Assembly (NCBI GenBank): GCA_964016885.1
Contig: OZ024746.1
Location: forward strand, 61,132,001-61,196,000
Length of the DNA: 64,000 nt
Source of the DNA: Eledone cirrhosa
Lineage: Eukaryota
Reading direction: 5' to 3'
Part shown: positions 44,038-58,904 of the stretch, in pieces
How positions within the stretch are numbered: position 1 is the stretch's first letter
Layout: the number at the start of each line of letters is the position of its first letter
The notes under the pieces: generated by a model
The model's input: the letters and a program-made list of their open reading frames with translations, nothing else
What the model was told of the DNA's origin: nothing
Database searches by the model: none
Program-made: the position numbers and the translations under genes

Positions 44038-44079
<42 letters not shown>

Positions 44080-44376
44080 ACATACACACACACACACATA
44101 TATATATATATATGTTCTTTAAGTTTACTTGATGCTTAAAACTCCGCAACATATGTCTTCCACTTGTTGATAAAAATGTAATCTTTTAACTACAACCATC
44201 TTCCTTTCTCTTTCTTTTTCTTCTCTTTTCATCTCTTCATCTATCTATCTTATTTTATCCCTACTCAATTCCCCGAGGGGGTTACAGCAAACGATGTAAT
44301 CCACCTACTTGAGCGTTCAGGGTGTAAAATTAGCGGAGGACTAGATCAGAGTCGAGTGTGTGTGCAAGTAAACTAA

Positions 44377-44466
<90 letters not shown>

Positions 44467-44485
44467 TGATATATATATATATATA

Positions 44486-44537
<52 letters not shown>

Positions 44538-44538
44538 G

Positions 44539-44587
<49 letters not shown>

Positions 44588-45078
44588 GTATATATATATA
44601 TGTATATATATATGTATATGTATATATATATGTATATATATATATATATATATGTATATGTATATATATGTATATATATATATGTATATATATATGTAGA
44701 TAAATCTACCAAGAGTTTACGGTAGTGTCCAATCCGTATGAAGAACTCAATGTATTCCGGATATCATGGAAAGAAGAGATGTAATGAAAAATCACTTTCG
44801 GTGAAAGATAAACGGTATACAGAGTCAAGATAAAATATTAAACAAATAATGAATAAAACAATGAAACAGTTCCTTATATTAAACAAAAAAAGTTCATTAT
44901 TTAACGATCGTTTCTAGGATATATATGTGTTAGAATTGGCATGCATATTCAACAGATCTATGTACAAAATTATACAAAATTATACAAACTATCAAGATTA
45001 AATATACATACCAAACACACATATATGCCGTCTTCAGAAATAAAGACGGCATATATGTGTGTTATTTATATATATGTG

Positions 45079-45228
45079 CATTATTTCTGAAGACGGCATA
45101 TATATGAGTTGGTATGTATATTTAATCTTGATAGTTTGTATAATTTTGTATAATTTTGTACATAGATCTGTTGAATATGCATACCAATTCTAACACATAT
45201 ATATCCTAGAAACGATCGTTAAATAATG
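45079..45228 (+). ncRNA. Hammerhead-like motif with very long stem II
   Basis: cattattt-CTGAAGA-[~115-nt hairpin]-GAAA-cgatcg-TT-aaataatg. An inverted twin lies at ~44895-45042. Confidence 0.65.
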
Positions 45229-45290
45229 AACTTTTTTTGTTTAATATAAGGAACTGTTTCATTGTTTTATTCATTATTTTTTTAATATTT

Positions 45291-45362
<72 letters not shown>

Positions 45363-45398
45363 CACGGATAGATAGAGAGATAGAGAGTGGGAGTAGAT

Positions 45399-45463
<65 letters not shown>

Positions 45464-45635
45464 AAGAGAGAGAGAGAGCGTGTCAGAGAGAGTGAAAATA
45501 ATTCCATATTTGGAAATCATTGTCATCTAGATGACCTTGAAAATAATAACTAGAAAAATATAGTAAGGGCAACATCACCGTAGCTAACGGTAACCCCTAC
45601 ACCACCATCTTCAGCTGTATCAATGACACCATTAA

Positions 45636-46032
45636 TACCACCATCACCATCACCATCATCGGCGTCGTCGGCGTCGTCGTCATCACCATCATCGCCATCG
45701 CCATCGTCATCATCGTCATCGTCATCGTCGTCATCGTCATCGTCATTATCGCCATAGTCATCATCGTCATCGTCATCATCATCATCATCACCATCATCGT
45801 CATCACCGTCGTCGTCGTCGTCATCAGCGTCGTCGTCATCATCATTATCATCATCATCATCATCATCGTCATCATCATCATCATCGTCGTCATCATCGTC
45901 ACATCATCATCATTATCATCATCATCATCATCATCGTCATCATCATCATCATCGTCATCATCGCCATCGTCACCGTCATCGTCATCATCGTCATCATCAT
46001 CATCGTCGTCCTCATCGCCATTGCCATCGTCG

Positions 46033-46075
<43 letters not shown>

Positions 46076-46149
46076 TATCATCGTCATCATCACCATCATC
46101 ATCATCGCCATAGTCATCATCATCATTGCCATAGTCATCATCATCATCA
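45636..46149. repeat. (CAT/CGT)n trinucleotide tract
   Basis: Direct observation; source of the poly-Asp and poly-Met ORFs. Confidence 0.95.
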
Positions 46150-46254
46150 ATGTGTCCGAACACGGAAGAGCCGAACTCCCACTGTCATCGCCCCCATCTC
46201 TCTCGCCCTCCCCATCTCTCTGTATAGTGAGCAAATGGGGTCCCACGTGCTGGC

Positions 46255-46590
46255 CACCCCACAGCCCCGGCGGACAGATTGTAGAAGGGCGTTTCCCCGG
46301 AGGATGGTAAGGGAGACGCGCTGGAAGAGCTCCCAGTTAATAAATAACTCGATAAATTGTATTAAGATGCCTGTCAAAGTATCGTTCGCTCTCTGATAGG
46401 TTTGTGGTTGAGCCCGGGGCAGTTGAGACTTCAGTTGTTCTTGACTCCCTGTCCACACCCTTGCTCACTGCCATCGGAGCAGTGTTGGCTACACGTAGGT
46501 GCGAATCTTGCGAGGTAGAGTGGCTGTTCCAGTGGAACTCCCTTGCCTTCTTCCGGGGCAATGTCTTCTCCACCATGTCGGTCGGGACCA
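46255..46590. mobile_element. CRE-clade endonuclease fragments, two pieces in opposite orientation
   Basis: Minus strand LFQRVSLTILRGNA. Plus strand AVETSVVL...WLFQWNSLAFFRGNV. Confidence 0.65.
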
Positions 46591-47287
46591 CGAAGCTTAC
46601 TGACCCTTAAGATTCATTTATGATGTTGGCATGTGGATTAAATTACTTCCATAAACACTATACCATGGCATTAAACAAAGCAATGTTTTCAGAGAAAGAG
46701 AAGAAAAATATTACGAAAATGAATCTACGAAATGAATCTCGTCTTTACATGTGTTTATTCCAATATACACAGTATATATTTTCTTCGTACTTTAGATGTG
46801 TAGTTACCACTAACATCTATGTATTTTAAGTTTCTAAATTAATATCTTTCGTATTAGGGAACTATTTTCACTATGTTGATAAGACAAGATTTAAAAAATT
46901 GTAAATCAAGGCATACGTTTTGTTGCCCTTGAACGATCTGGTTTCTTTATTTTTCAATCGTGTATGGTGGAGTGCTATTTATTGTAAGCTTTCACATGAA
47001 CTTGCTTCTTTCCACACCGGCTGAAGAGGCAAGTAGTCTCAGAAACATCAAGGTGTTCTAGAAGGTTACCGTAAGGTAAATATACACATATTTTCTTTAT
47101 ATGGGTATATTTGAGAATAATTCTTTCCATTTATTTTTTCACATAGACATTGCTCATAGCACGAAATAATCTCTAATTAGTTGTAGTGTACTGTCTGTGG
47201 ATAAATGCCTCGGTTATACGAATTAAGATGTACCTGTGAGGCTCGTGTGCATCTAGTTAACCCCTCCATACACACACACACACACAC

Positions 47288-47398
<111 letters not shown>

Positions 47399-47472
47399 CA
47401 TATATACATACATAAATATATATACATACACACACACACACACATATGTATATAAATATATATACCTATATA

Positions 47473-47526
<54 letters not shown>

Positions 47527-47569
47527 CAGATACATATATATATATGTATATATGTGTGTGTGTATGTGT

Positions 47570-47623
<54 letters not shown>

Positions 47624-48014
47624 GTGCGTGTGTGCATCTGAGTTGGATTGTGGGCACATGCATATTGTTTTTATAAAAATTGTTTCTGAAACGTTGGCGA
47701 AATTCCAGGTGGACCACAAGACGCCAAAGCAAAACGTCTGGTGTTTTGTGTCTGGCAAAGTACGATGGCGTATTTGAACATACATAAACACACACACACA
47801 CACACACATGTATATACACATATACATATAGATGAATATATGTCTATTATCCAGAGGTCCCCCTCTCTGTCCCTCTCTCCTCACCAACAAAAATATTTGG
47901 GGCAGATTTGGGGCAGCTCTTCCCCCAAACATGTTACGTTTATGACGATTTCTTTTCTAAATATTTCCTCTTTTTTAGTTTACTTCCATAAACACACACA
48001 CTCACACACATGAA

Positions 48015-48069
<55 letters not shown>

Positions 48070-48095
48070 GTATATATATATATATACAAACACAC

Positions 48096-48165
<70 letters not shown>

Positions 48166-48219
48166 CAAGGAGACAACAAACAGAGGTACAAAAAGTCTTA
48201 TTAGTTTCACGCTTATATG

Positions 48220-48272
<53 letters not shown>

Positions 48273-48933
48273 AACAATGAAAAGACAAAAGAACTGGGTT
48301 AGTTTATCATCAATCCACTGTTTAACGATCGTTTCGGCAAAGCGGGAAAATGCGAGCCTCAGCTTCCGGTTTATATAAAAACAACGTCTAATCCGCTGGC
48401 TTCGGTTATATGTCTTGCTTTGATGACGGGATGGTTGGGACATAGTTTAAATAGACGGGTGGAGCTTGACTCTTCTTTAACTCTTCCTTCAGCTGTCTGG
48501 GTTTGCTGAATGAAGCCGAATATTGGTGGAGGCTTTCTGTTTTCTCGAGTTCATAGTTAGCTTTGGTTTATTCTGGATGTCTCTACCTTAAAGTTATGAG
48601 AATTGACGGTCTTACTTACACACACACACACACACACGCACACCCACACACACCCACACACCCACACCCATATATATATATACTCACCCACCCACCCACC
48701 CACATACACACACACATATATAAACGCACCTACCCACACACACTAACGCAAACACACTCTCTCTCTCACACACACACACACATATATATATATATGTGTC
48801 CAGAAATAGCCGTCGAAACGACTTGAGCTCTGCCGTCGGGGTAATACTTTTTCCTATTTCCCACTCTACTACCCTAAGTATTGAGTACTCTGGTGCGTTA
48901 TGGTCCATTTGGTTCCTTACCACAATTCCTTTG

Positions 48934-49032
<99 letters not shown>

Positions 49033-49196
49033 GGTGCGTGTGTGTATAAATACACGCACACACGCATACAAACACATATACAGGGTGCCCACCAGAAACG
49101 TATAGACACTTTAACAGCATTTTAATAAGTATTGCATGTACGGTTAATCAAACTCTGTATTCATTTTGTGGGGATACCCGGAATATATATATATAT

Positions 49197-49582
49197 AAAG
49201 TACGTATACGTACATACATATATGTATACAGACGTACAGTAGTATGTATATACATACATACATGCACACATATATATATATATAATGTACGTATGGGTTT
49301 ACCGAACATTTATTATAATGCTCGGTTTGTTTGTAAACAAACAGCCCGAATTAAACCGTACATTGTTCGGCAACCATCGTTGCCCTATTTGTTCAACACT
49401 GACAAAGGAACGATGAACTAGTTTCTAGCTCGTTAGCTGTCATCAGCACCGTTTATCGTTTTCGGTACGCCTGGCCGACTAACTCACTCGATATGCAATA
49501 TGCAAATTAGGCTGCTCAGCCGTTAATATGCATAAGGAAAGTATATACTTTCAAACGTTCAATCGACTGACAGGAAGGTATA
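49197..49582 (-). mobile_element. Diverged family B copy with inversion; HHR at 49410-49452
   Basis: acggtg-CTGATGA-cagct aacg agcta-GAAA-ctag-TT-catcgt. Substitutions relative to the other copies keep the helices paired. Confidence 0.75.
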
Positions 49583-50071
49583 CATACATACATACATACA
49601 TACATACATACATACATACATACATACATACATACATACATACGTACGTACGTACGTACGTACGTACGTACGTATGTATGTATGTATGTATGTATGTATG
49701 TATGTATGTATGTATGTATGTATGTATGTATGTATGTATGTATGTATAAAAGACACGAGAGAGAGAGTGTGTGTGTGTCCATCAGGTTACAGGGGATACC
49801 ACCAGCGTGTGTTTTCTTCTCTACATTATATTTGAAGAGCCCAGGATTCTGATTCTTTTTCCTTTGAGCTCATGAATAACAGGGACTAACGCGAGTTCCT
49901 GACTCCATTATTTCATTTTGATATATATATATATATATATACATGTGTGTATGTATGTGTGTATGCATGTATGTATGTATGTGTGTATGTATGTATATTT
50001 GTGTGTATGTATGTATGTATGTATGTATGTATGCATGTATATGTATGAATAAGCATATATATGAATATATA

Positions 50072-50107
<36 letters not shown>

Positions 50108-50109
50108 TG

Positions 50110-50488
50110 TTCTTCTGGTTTTATAATTTCACAAAGTTTTACCAATAGAGAGAGAGTCGGTTTCTAACATAGACACAAGACTCTCTCATTGGAATTTACA
50201 CAACATCAACTAGGTAGATATGTATGTATGCATGTGTAGATATGGATGTTATTTTATGTGTGGATGTGGATGTTTTGAGTTGTATGTGTGCATGTGTATA
50301 TGCTTTGTATCTGTACATGTGTATATGCAGTTATTAGATGCAAAATTTTTGGAATGTTTTACATATTTTTACTGTTCCATTAATGGATTGTACTTGTAGT
50401 TTCCTAACTAGTTGTGTTCTTTCTGTTCCTGTGAAGCCTAGCTTCTCAAGATTTGTATTGAGGCAGTTACTAACATATCCCAGTGCCC

Positions 50489-50490
<2 letters not shown>
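50110..50490 (-). mobile_element. R4/Dong-like non-LTR 3' end embedded in (TACA)n
   Basis: ALGYVSNCLNTNLEKLG...LQVQSINGTVKICKTF-stop resembles an RLE-element C-terminus. It is followed by a 3' UTR ending in (CATA)n. Confidence 0.55.
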
Positions 50491-50519
<29 letters not shown>

Positions 50520-50596
50520 TGTATGTATGTATGTATGTATGTATGTATGTATGTATGTATGTAGGTATGTAGGTATGTAGGTATGTATGTATGTAT

Positions 50597-51162
50597 CAAC
50601 CTGTCTCATGGTCGGGTCGTTGGCGACTAAACTAGCAACCCCACCAAGGTTTCTTGGTGAGGAGGGTGACTTTGGACATCCTGCAGGACTAAACACAAAA
50701 CCTGTCAAAGGGCAAAGGAGCACTTAAGAGTCAATGGCCATCCAAAATCGCCGGGAGAGATGACCCCTTAGCCTTTGTCAAGGCAGAATTCTAGGAGAAG
50801 GAAAACTCTGATATAACACCTGCAACCCTGATGGTATCCAATGATGTTGACTTGTTCTTCTTTTTGGTAAATATCATCTTGGTTAAGAGAGTGGGACTGG
50901 CTTTGTGCAGTGCCTTTGTTTACTATAAAAGCTTCACGGCACAGGCATTACTTTATATCTGGAGATCTCTCTGCACTTGTCGTCACATGGTACCATGAGC
51001 CCAGCACTACGTGTCAATAATTGTCACAAGTGTAGTGTTTGTACCAGAGTTTTCAAGTAGCTGGCTGGACTAAAAAGTCACACTCATTCAGCGCATCGGT
51101 AGGGGTTCTCCTACATGGATATAAAGTAGTGGTCGTACTCGAAAAAGAGTTGGCAGCCACCA
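50597..51162 (+). mobile_element. Family A element, truncated on the left
   Basis: Homologous to ~7234-7799 and flanked by (TATG)n. Confidence 0.8.
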
Positions 51163-51329
51163 TGCATGCATGCATGCATGCATGTATGTATGTATGTATG
51201 TATGTATGTATGTATGTATGTATGTATGTATGTATGTATCGATATTATACTCCAGAAAACTTGTCGAGTGGTTCGAATCTGTTATAAATATATTTGTTGA
51301 ATTATCAACAAATTAAATATCTCTTTGCT

Positions 51330-51363
<34 letters not shown>

Positions 51364-51365
51364 GG

Positions 51366-51422
<57 letters not shown>

Positions 51423-51479
51423 TCGAATTACAAATTTTTTTTACCAATTCTGCCAATTCATCACCTTGACCTGGGACTA

Positions 51480-52425
51480 AATAATTGTTTCTACTTTTGG
51501 CACAAGGCCACCAATTTCCCAGTACATTACTGGTACTTTATTTTATCGACCTCGTAAGGATGAAAGGCAAAGTTAACCTCGGCGGGATTTGAACTCAGAT
51601 CGTAAAGGGACGTAACTATGGTGAAAAGCATGTCCGACCCTCTACCGATACTGCCAATTCAGGGACGAAATAATGGTTTCTGATTTAAGCCAGCCATTTT
51701 TGAGGGAATGGAAAGTACCAGTGCGTTACTGGTACTTTATTTGATCGACACCGTAAGGCAAAGCTAACCTCACCGGGATCTGATCACAGCTCATAAAGGG
51801 CCGTAACTCTATGCTGCGAAGCATGTTGTCCGACGTTCTAACGGCACTGCCATTCCACTGGCTTGACTTTGGTCTAAATAATAGTTTCTGATTTAGACAC
51901 ACCGGAGAGAGGGGAAACTGGATTAAATCAACCCCAGTGCGTTACCGGTATTTTATTTTATTGACTCCGGTGGTATTTGAACTCACAACGTAAAGAACCA
52001 TAACTCTCTGCCTCAAAGCATGTTGTACGACGTTCTACCGACACTGCCATTCCGCCACCTTAAATTGGGTCTAAATAATGTTTTTTTTTTATATAGGTAC
52101 AAGACCAGCAATTTTGGGGGAGGGGAAAGTCGATTAAATCGACCCCAGTACATAACTGGTACTTTATTTTATCGACTTCGTAAGGATGAAAGGCAAAGTT
52201 AACCACCGCGGGATTTGAACTTAGATCATAAAGGGCCGTAACTCTATGCTGCAAAGCACGGCGTCCGACCCTCTACCGACACTGCCAATCCACCGCCCTC
52301 AATTTGGGTCTAAATACTTTTGGCACAAGGCCAGCAATTATCCCAGTACATTACTGGTACTTTATTTTATCGACCCCGTAAGGATGAAAGGCAAAGTTAA
52401 ACTCGGCGGGATTTGAACTCAGAAA
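51480..52425 (-). mobile_element. Cluster of ~5 head-to-tail tRNA-derived SINEs (Nin/Deu-like central domain)
   Basis: A-box TGGCAGTATCGG, B-box GAGTTCAAATCC, central gcctttcatccttacggggtcgataaaat..gtacc, and an (AAT)-rich tail. Confidence 0.8.
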
Positions 52426-52462
52426 AGTAATGGACTGAGAATAACTTGTAACGATTACTAAC

Positions 52463-52669
52463 CTCTTGGTAAGCATTCTCTTATCGGACAGCACTCGCCT
52501 TTAACATATCTTTCAATAGGATGTGGACAGAGCTTCAAATCTATTTTTCCTTCTTCACACAATGGCTGACATATTATTTCTCCCTTTTGGCACACACACT
52601 TCTTTTGACAACCCACATTCCAGCTTTCTCCGTCAACAAACGTTATATTCCCGATTTCACAATTCTCTC
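52463..52669 (-). CDS. Exon: VWC domain
   Basis: tttttag acceptor, gttagt donor, 207 nt, phase 1-1. CEIGNITFVDGESWNVGCQKKCVC...CQPLC...C...ECCPIREC. Confidence 0.9.
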
Positions 52670-53756
52670 CTAAAAAAAGAATAAATAACAACACGTTATA
52701 TATTCAACATAGGGAACTTGCACATACATAAAAGTCATATTATACAAAATAATTACATGCAAGCTTGTTAGGAGTATACATGCATGGAGGGAATCGTTGG
52801 AGCACCGTATTGACATACGGCGTTTCTTGGGCAGCTTTAAACCTGGCGGAACCCATGCCTCTCCAGGTTGGAATACAGAGAAGGATAGAGAGAGTGAGAA
52901 AATGGAAGTGGGAAAGAGATACAGAGGAAAAATCGACCCGAATACTAGACTGGTACATTTTTTTATCGCCCTTGAATGTATGAAATGCAAAGTTGACCTC
53001 GGTGGGATTTAAATTCAGAGCTCAGAGAACCGGAACTAATAACATAAAGCATTCTATCCGACGTTCCAACGACTCTGCCAAATTCGCCGCCTCTACACAT
53101 AAGATAGTAAGTCGGTTACGTGAATTAATACAAACTGTAGAGGTACAAATTTTCCCTTTCAAATTTCCCTTAATTCCGGTTTCATTTTTGGTAAATTTCC
53201 TTTTATTAATTTTTACTTTTGATAAAATCGTTTTTTTTTAAAAACTCCGTTGTATTGTATTTCATGGGTAAATTGCAACAAATTGTACTTATAAATATCA
53301 TTAAAACAAGGAAAGCTAAAACAAAATTCAAAGTTTTATCACATTTAAAGCCTCGAAAACTGTTCTGCCACAGTCCATAGAAAACTAGTTTGCAGTCGAC
53401 GTGTTTGAGACACCTGGACTAGTATGTCTTTTCTTGAACTATCTTCTAAGACTAGTTAACTCTCTTCACTAGTCTCACACATTTCACTACTACTTCCTTT
53501 CTTTAGTTTAACTATTCTACTCTGAATTCCTTTTATAAGCACCACCTCCACTCGCCCCCACCAATTTTTTACAGGAGGTAGAGTATAATTTGAGGGAGAT
53601 TTCGCTACTATTTCTAGAAATTTGAGCGCCTTTGCAGAGACTCCTTCGGTTGGTCAATTAGCTAGTGGTGTATAATGTAAGGCAGATAACTCTGCTTTGA
53701 AAAATGATCCAAAATTAAAAAAAATCTACAAGCATTGTTCCCAACAAAATAACAGC

Positions 53757-53822
<66 letters not shown>

Positions 53823-54071
53823 ACAAAAATAACAAGCAAGGGATATAATCATAATTTCTTTTTCAAATCTGTGGAGGTTATCTCCCTTGAAAACAGTTTT
53901 GTTTGCAGTATAGGAATTTAAGGGTCTATGTGGATATGAGTGTATCCTAACTGTAACTACCCTTAGCACTTCCACTGACCTACCTCTCACTGTCAATATA
54001 TCTCTATTTCTCACTCTCTGTCCCTCTCTGCCCACCGTCTGATGTGTAAACAGAATCACCTATATTATATT

Positions 54072-54542
54072 CCAGGAAGCTCCAACCGTTATGGTTGTCT
54101 TTTTTTCCGGGTATGTCAATATTTATTTATAAAACAAATCTGTATTTTATCTGATGAAAGCGCACCATAATTTGCCTTGGTTGCCCTTGAAATATGTATA
54201 ATAAAATAAATATGGTTTTATAAATATAGTTTCCATTTATTAATATATTGTGTATTTGGTGGTGGATTGGCAGTATCGGTAGAGGGTCGGACGCCATGCT
54301 TTCCAGCATAGTTACGTCCCTTTATGATCTGAGTTCAAATCCCGCCGAGGTTGACTTTGCCTTTCATCCTTACGGGGTCGATAAAATAAAGTACCAGTAA
54401 TGCACTGGGTAATTTGCTGGCCTTGTGCCTAAAGTAGAAACAATTAATATATTGTGTAATTACTCCACTCTTTGTTGAGTGCTTTATATCAGTTATAAAA
54501 AAATGTTAAGCTTGTTGAATCCCAACAATTAAATATAACCTC

Positions 54543-54545
<3 letters not shown>
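54072..54545 (+). mobile_element. Solo pLTR-like repeat with hammerhead (54143-54208), interrupted by a SINE
   Basis: Same family as 1836-2105. SINE at ~54257-54445 is flanked by the duplicated sequence attaatatattgtgta. Confidence 0.78.
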
Positions 54546-54580
<35 letters not shown>

Positions 54581-54610
54581 GGTACATACATACATATGCA
54601 TGCACACACT

Positions 54611-54684
<74 letters not shown>

Positions 54685-55127
54685 CATATATACAAACGTA
54701 CACGCATACGCACACACACATACATTCATACATACACACACACATATATATATATATATACATTCCTCAAATTCAAAGCCCCGCCCTCTAGACTCGATGT
54801 CGTGCAAGTGCTAGCAATAAGACTAAGGGAAACAACTCAGAGAATTATCGAAGCTGAAGCCTGACACAGTTTCTTGTCAAACTCTGGTACGTCACCGGCA
54901 ACTACTTCAGAACTTCAGATAGATTCATCTCGATTATGGAATGCGTCTGTCATCAGTCCTTTCAGTCTCGTCCAATACACAACCTCTTTCGCCACATGGT
55001 GGAGTCTGCCAATAGCTGGAGCCGTTCTACATGCGACAACTGTTCGACAAAACTCCACATGTCAGCCATGTATACACACACTGCACGTATGTGTGTAGAA
55101 CGGTTTCATCTTTTTTTGTGCGCATCT

Positions 55128-56240
55128 AATAATTGTTTCTACTTTTAGCACAAGGCCAGCAATTATCCCAGTACCTTACTGGTATTTTGTTTATTGACTC
55201 CGTAAGGATGAAAGGCAAAATGAACCTCGGCGGGATTTGAACTCAGACCATAAAGGGGCGTAACTCTATGCTGGAGAGCAAGGCGTCCGACCTTAGGCAC
55301 AAGGCTAGCAATTTTTTGGGGGAAGGGAAAGTCGATTAAATCGACCCCAGTGCGTTACTGGTACTTTATTTTATCGATCCCGTAAGGGTGAAAGGCAATA
55401 ATAATAATTGTTTCTACGTTTGGCACAAGGCCAGCAATTAACCAGTGTATTACTGGTACTTTATTTTATCGACCCCGTAAGGATGAAAGGCAAAGTTAAC
55501 CTCGGTGGGATTTGAACTAAGATCATAAAGGGCCGCAACTCTATGCTGGAAAGCATGGCGTCCGACCCTCTACCGATACTGCCAAACCATAATAATATTG
55601 GTTTCTGATTTAGGCACAAGGCCAGCAGTTTTGAGAGAGGGGAAAGTCGATTAAATCGACCCCAGTGCGTTACTGGTACTTTATTTTATAGACCCCTTAA
55701 GGATTGTAAAATGTGTATTATCAAATTTTGCCTCAGGTGCCAGGTTAACACACGACATGATTGGGAAAGAAGTAGAACTCAAAGGAAGTTTCAAATCATA
55801 AAAATGATTTCTAGTATAGGCACAAGGCCAGTAATTTGGGGAGAGGGGAAAGTCAATTAAATCGACCCCAGTATGTGACTGGTACTTTATTTTATCGACC
55901 CCGTAAAAATGAAAGGCAAAGCTAACTTCGAAATCAGAACGTAAAGGGCCCTAACTCTCTGTCGCGAAGCATGATGTCCGACGCTCTACCGATAATGCCA
56001 ATCCATAATAATAATAATTGTTTCTACTTTTGGCACAAGGCCAGCAATTACCCAGTGTATTACTGGTACTTTATTTTATCGACCCCATAAGGATGAAAGG
56101 CAAAGTTAACCTCGGCGGGATTTGAACTCAGAATGGCAAGGGCCGTAACTCTATGCGTCAAAGCATGGCGTCCGACCCTCTACCGATACTGCCAATACAA
56201 TAATAATAATGTGCGTTTCTCTATAGTTCTGCATGTGTAT

Positions 56241-56328
<88 letters not shown>

Positions 56329-56735
56329 AAAAGATAGAGAGAAGGCGAGATATATAGTGAAAGAGATAATGAGTGAGACGTGCGGACAAACACATACACA
56401 TACAAACGCACGCGCACTTAGCGCGCGCACACACACACACACACATACACACAAACTATGTCTTATAATTAAATGAAGCAAACCAAGTAAATACGTCTGA
56501 GAGACGTATCAATGACTAACATGAACATAAATTAAATAATAATAATAATTGTTTCTACTTTTGGCACAAGGCCAGCAATTATCCCAGTGCATTACTGGTA
56601 CTTTATTTTATCGACCCCGTAAGGATGAAAGGCAAAGTTAACCTCGGCGCTATTTAAACTCAGAACGTAAATGGCCATAACTCTATGCCTCAAAGCATGG
56701 TGTCCGACGCTTTACCCATACTGCAAATCCACCGC
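55128..56735 (-). mobile_element. Cluster of ~7 copies of the same SINE
   Basis: Repeated full and partial copies. Other copies at about 6670-6860, 9795-9955, 12240-12480, 15300-15665, 26240-26425, 35683-35865, 43680-43915, 52935-53090 and 54257-54445. Confidence 0.8.
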
Positions 56736-56785
56736 AATAACAAAAGGACAAAACAAAAAAAAAAAAAAAAATCAGTAAACTTAAC

Positions 56786-57007
56786 TGTCTATAGGTTCAC
56801 AAATTGTTGCATAGCAACATTCAGATTGACCAATCAGTTTTCTCGTACATTTGAACATAGGGTTGTTTATTTTCGGATTGTCGCTTTCTTCTGGACAAAC
56901 CGGTTTACACGCGAATTTACCGTCAGGCATACACCAGCATCTATCTTCACATGTTACTTCGTACAGTTTACCAACTTGATATGTCTTGCCTTCGAATATA
57001 CAACCAG
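56786..57007 (-). CDS. Exon: VWC (von Willebrand factor type C) domain
   Basis: ctgtcacag acceptor, gttaag donor, 222 nt, phase 1-1. GCIFEGKTYQVG...CEDRCWC...CKPVC...C...CC...C. Confidence 0.88.
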
Positions 57008-57253
57008 CTGTGACAGAAATAATAATGAAAGCATTCATTAATTTAACATCATAAATAATACGTATGCACCACTAAAAAAGGTAGCGACGTTTAAATTTAG
57101 GATTTAGAGCAGGGCAAAATTCACCTGCTACCAAAATTGAAATTATGGTTAACAAAGTTCTCTAAAACCCCAGATGAAAAGATACCGTTTAATTCTTAAG
57201 ACAAAAATAGTAATCGTATAAAGTTACATATCTGTAGCCAAATCAGGCTTGTT

Positions 57254-57457
57254 ATTGTACGAAACTACGGCGTATTTTCGTATCGCATTTAACATTCATT
57301 TCATATGAACATTTTCCAAACTGAGCTTGACCTTAACTTAGGCTATAAAAGGCAAATTGTACGAAACTACCACGTATTTTCGTATCGCATTTAACATTCA
57401 TTTCATATGAAAATTTGCCAAACTGGGCTTAACCTTAACTTAGGCTATAAAAGGCAA
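57254..57457. repeat. Tandem duplication, ~102 bp x2
   Basis: attgtacgaaactac...ggctataaaaggcaa occurs twice. Confidence 0.85.
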
Positions 57458-57580
57458 ATGAGACAGCAACTGCTCTCTTTTCGTTCTCGCCCGACCTCAA
57501 CGATGGTCACCTAACGACTGCTAGCTTTCGTTGGCCAAATTTGGGCGGAGAGACACAGGCAGCCAAGTCTCTCACATACT

Positions 57581-57614
<34 letters not shown>

Positions 57615-57746
57615 AGGTTACTGTTTATAGTTTAGTTCAGAGTTTAGATTTCAAGGATAAGTCACCGTATTTAGAGTTGTGTTCATAGTTACAAACTTGT
57701 TAACAAATAGAATATATTGAAAAGTGAGAGATGAAAGGTACTTTAC

Positions 57747-57882
57747 CTTTAGTCTTTGCATAGACAGCTTCAGTGACGTTGCCATAGAGTTTTTTAATTG
57801 GATCTTTCCAAACTGTGACACGGAAGAAATAACCTTGGTTGACTTTCAAACCGAGAACCACAGCTCCAGGTTCGGGTCCATA
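57747..57882 (-). CDS. Exon: C-terminal half of an FN3 domain
   Basis: ttattcag|TAT...AAAG|gtaaag, 136 nt, phase 0 to 1. YGPEPGAVVLGLKVNQGYFFRVTVW... fits the FN3 'L-x4-Y-x-F-x-V' pattern. Confidence 0.8.
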
Positions 57883-57958
57883 CTGAATAATAAAATAAAT
57901 ATACGTATAAAAACATATACACAAACATACATTTACATACATAATATAGATAATATAC

Positions 57959-58020
<62 letters not shown>

Positions 58021-58553
58021 ATATATTCAACTTAAATACCTAGTAAAACTTGCTACATTTTCAGATCTGTCACTATGTCACGGGGCTGTTTGTGAGTTTG
58101 ATTTGGCGCATGTCAAGTCTCACTCTTTCTATTTCTCGCTAGTACGAACCCACTTACACAAACACAAATCTTATCCCATATATGGTTTGACCGTACAACT
58201 CTTGAAAGTATAATGTTTCATTCTTTAATTCTTGTTCTTTTATTCAGAAATACAATTTTCTTGAATTAGTATTGATTTTAAAATATTGGAAATCGTTTCT
58301 GCGAAGAAGAATATATTATTAACGTGGGTAGAATATAAAGAGAAGGTGTGGGTGGTGTTGTAGTAGTGTATATTACTAAGGATGGGCGGTAGGGTTGGTC
58401 AAAACGATAGGTTTCGATGGCAGAATTCGAAAGATTTGAGGAATTGCTGGTCACTTTGAAGTGAATGTGTGTTTTGAATATATGTATTTTATGTATATGT
58501 GTGTGTGTGTTGTGTGTGTGTGTATATATATGTGCGTATGTATTCATATAACT

Positions 58554-58601
<48 letters not shown>

Positions 58602-58844
58602 GTGTGTTTATATATACACTCTCACACATACACACTCATGCTCTCTAAAACCATATTCCAAAAATAGAATCTTTTATAACTCTACTTTTGCCAATCCCAT
58701 TTACCCCTCTCATCCATAGAATTTATCTCTAGCTTACATTTCCCATCCTTGCCTCCCCATCTGAACTCTTGATCAGTCCATTAACACAATTGAGATACAT
58801 ACACATATTTACAGAAAATTTCCCTCCCACTACTACTGCTGCTG

Positions 58845-58904
<60 letters not shown>

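Noticed and set aside
45597-46246. Poly-Asp acidic protein ORF
   Set aside because: (GAT)n microsatellite inside an intron.
47012-47057. CTGAAGA...GAAA hammerhead-like motif
   Set aside because: Stem III and the cleavage triplet cannot be formed convincingly.
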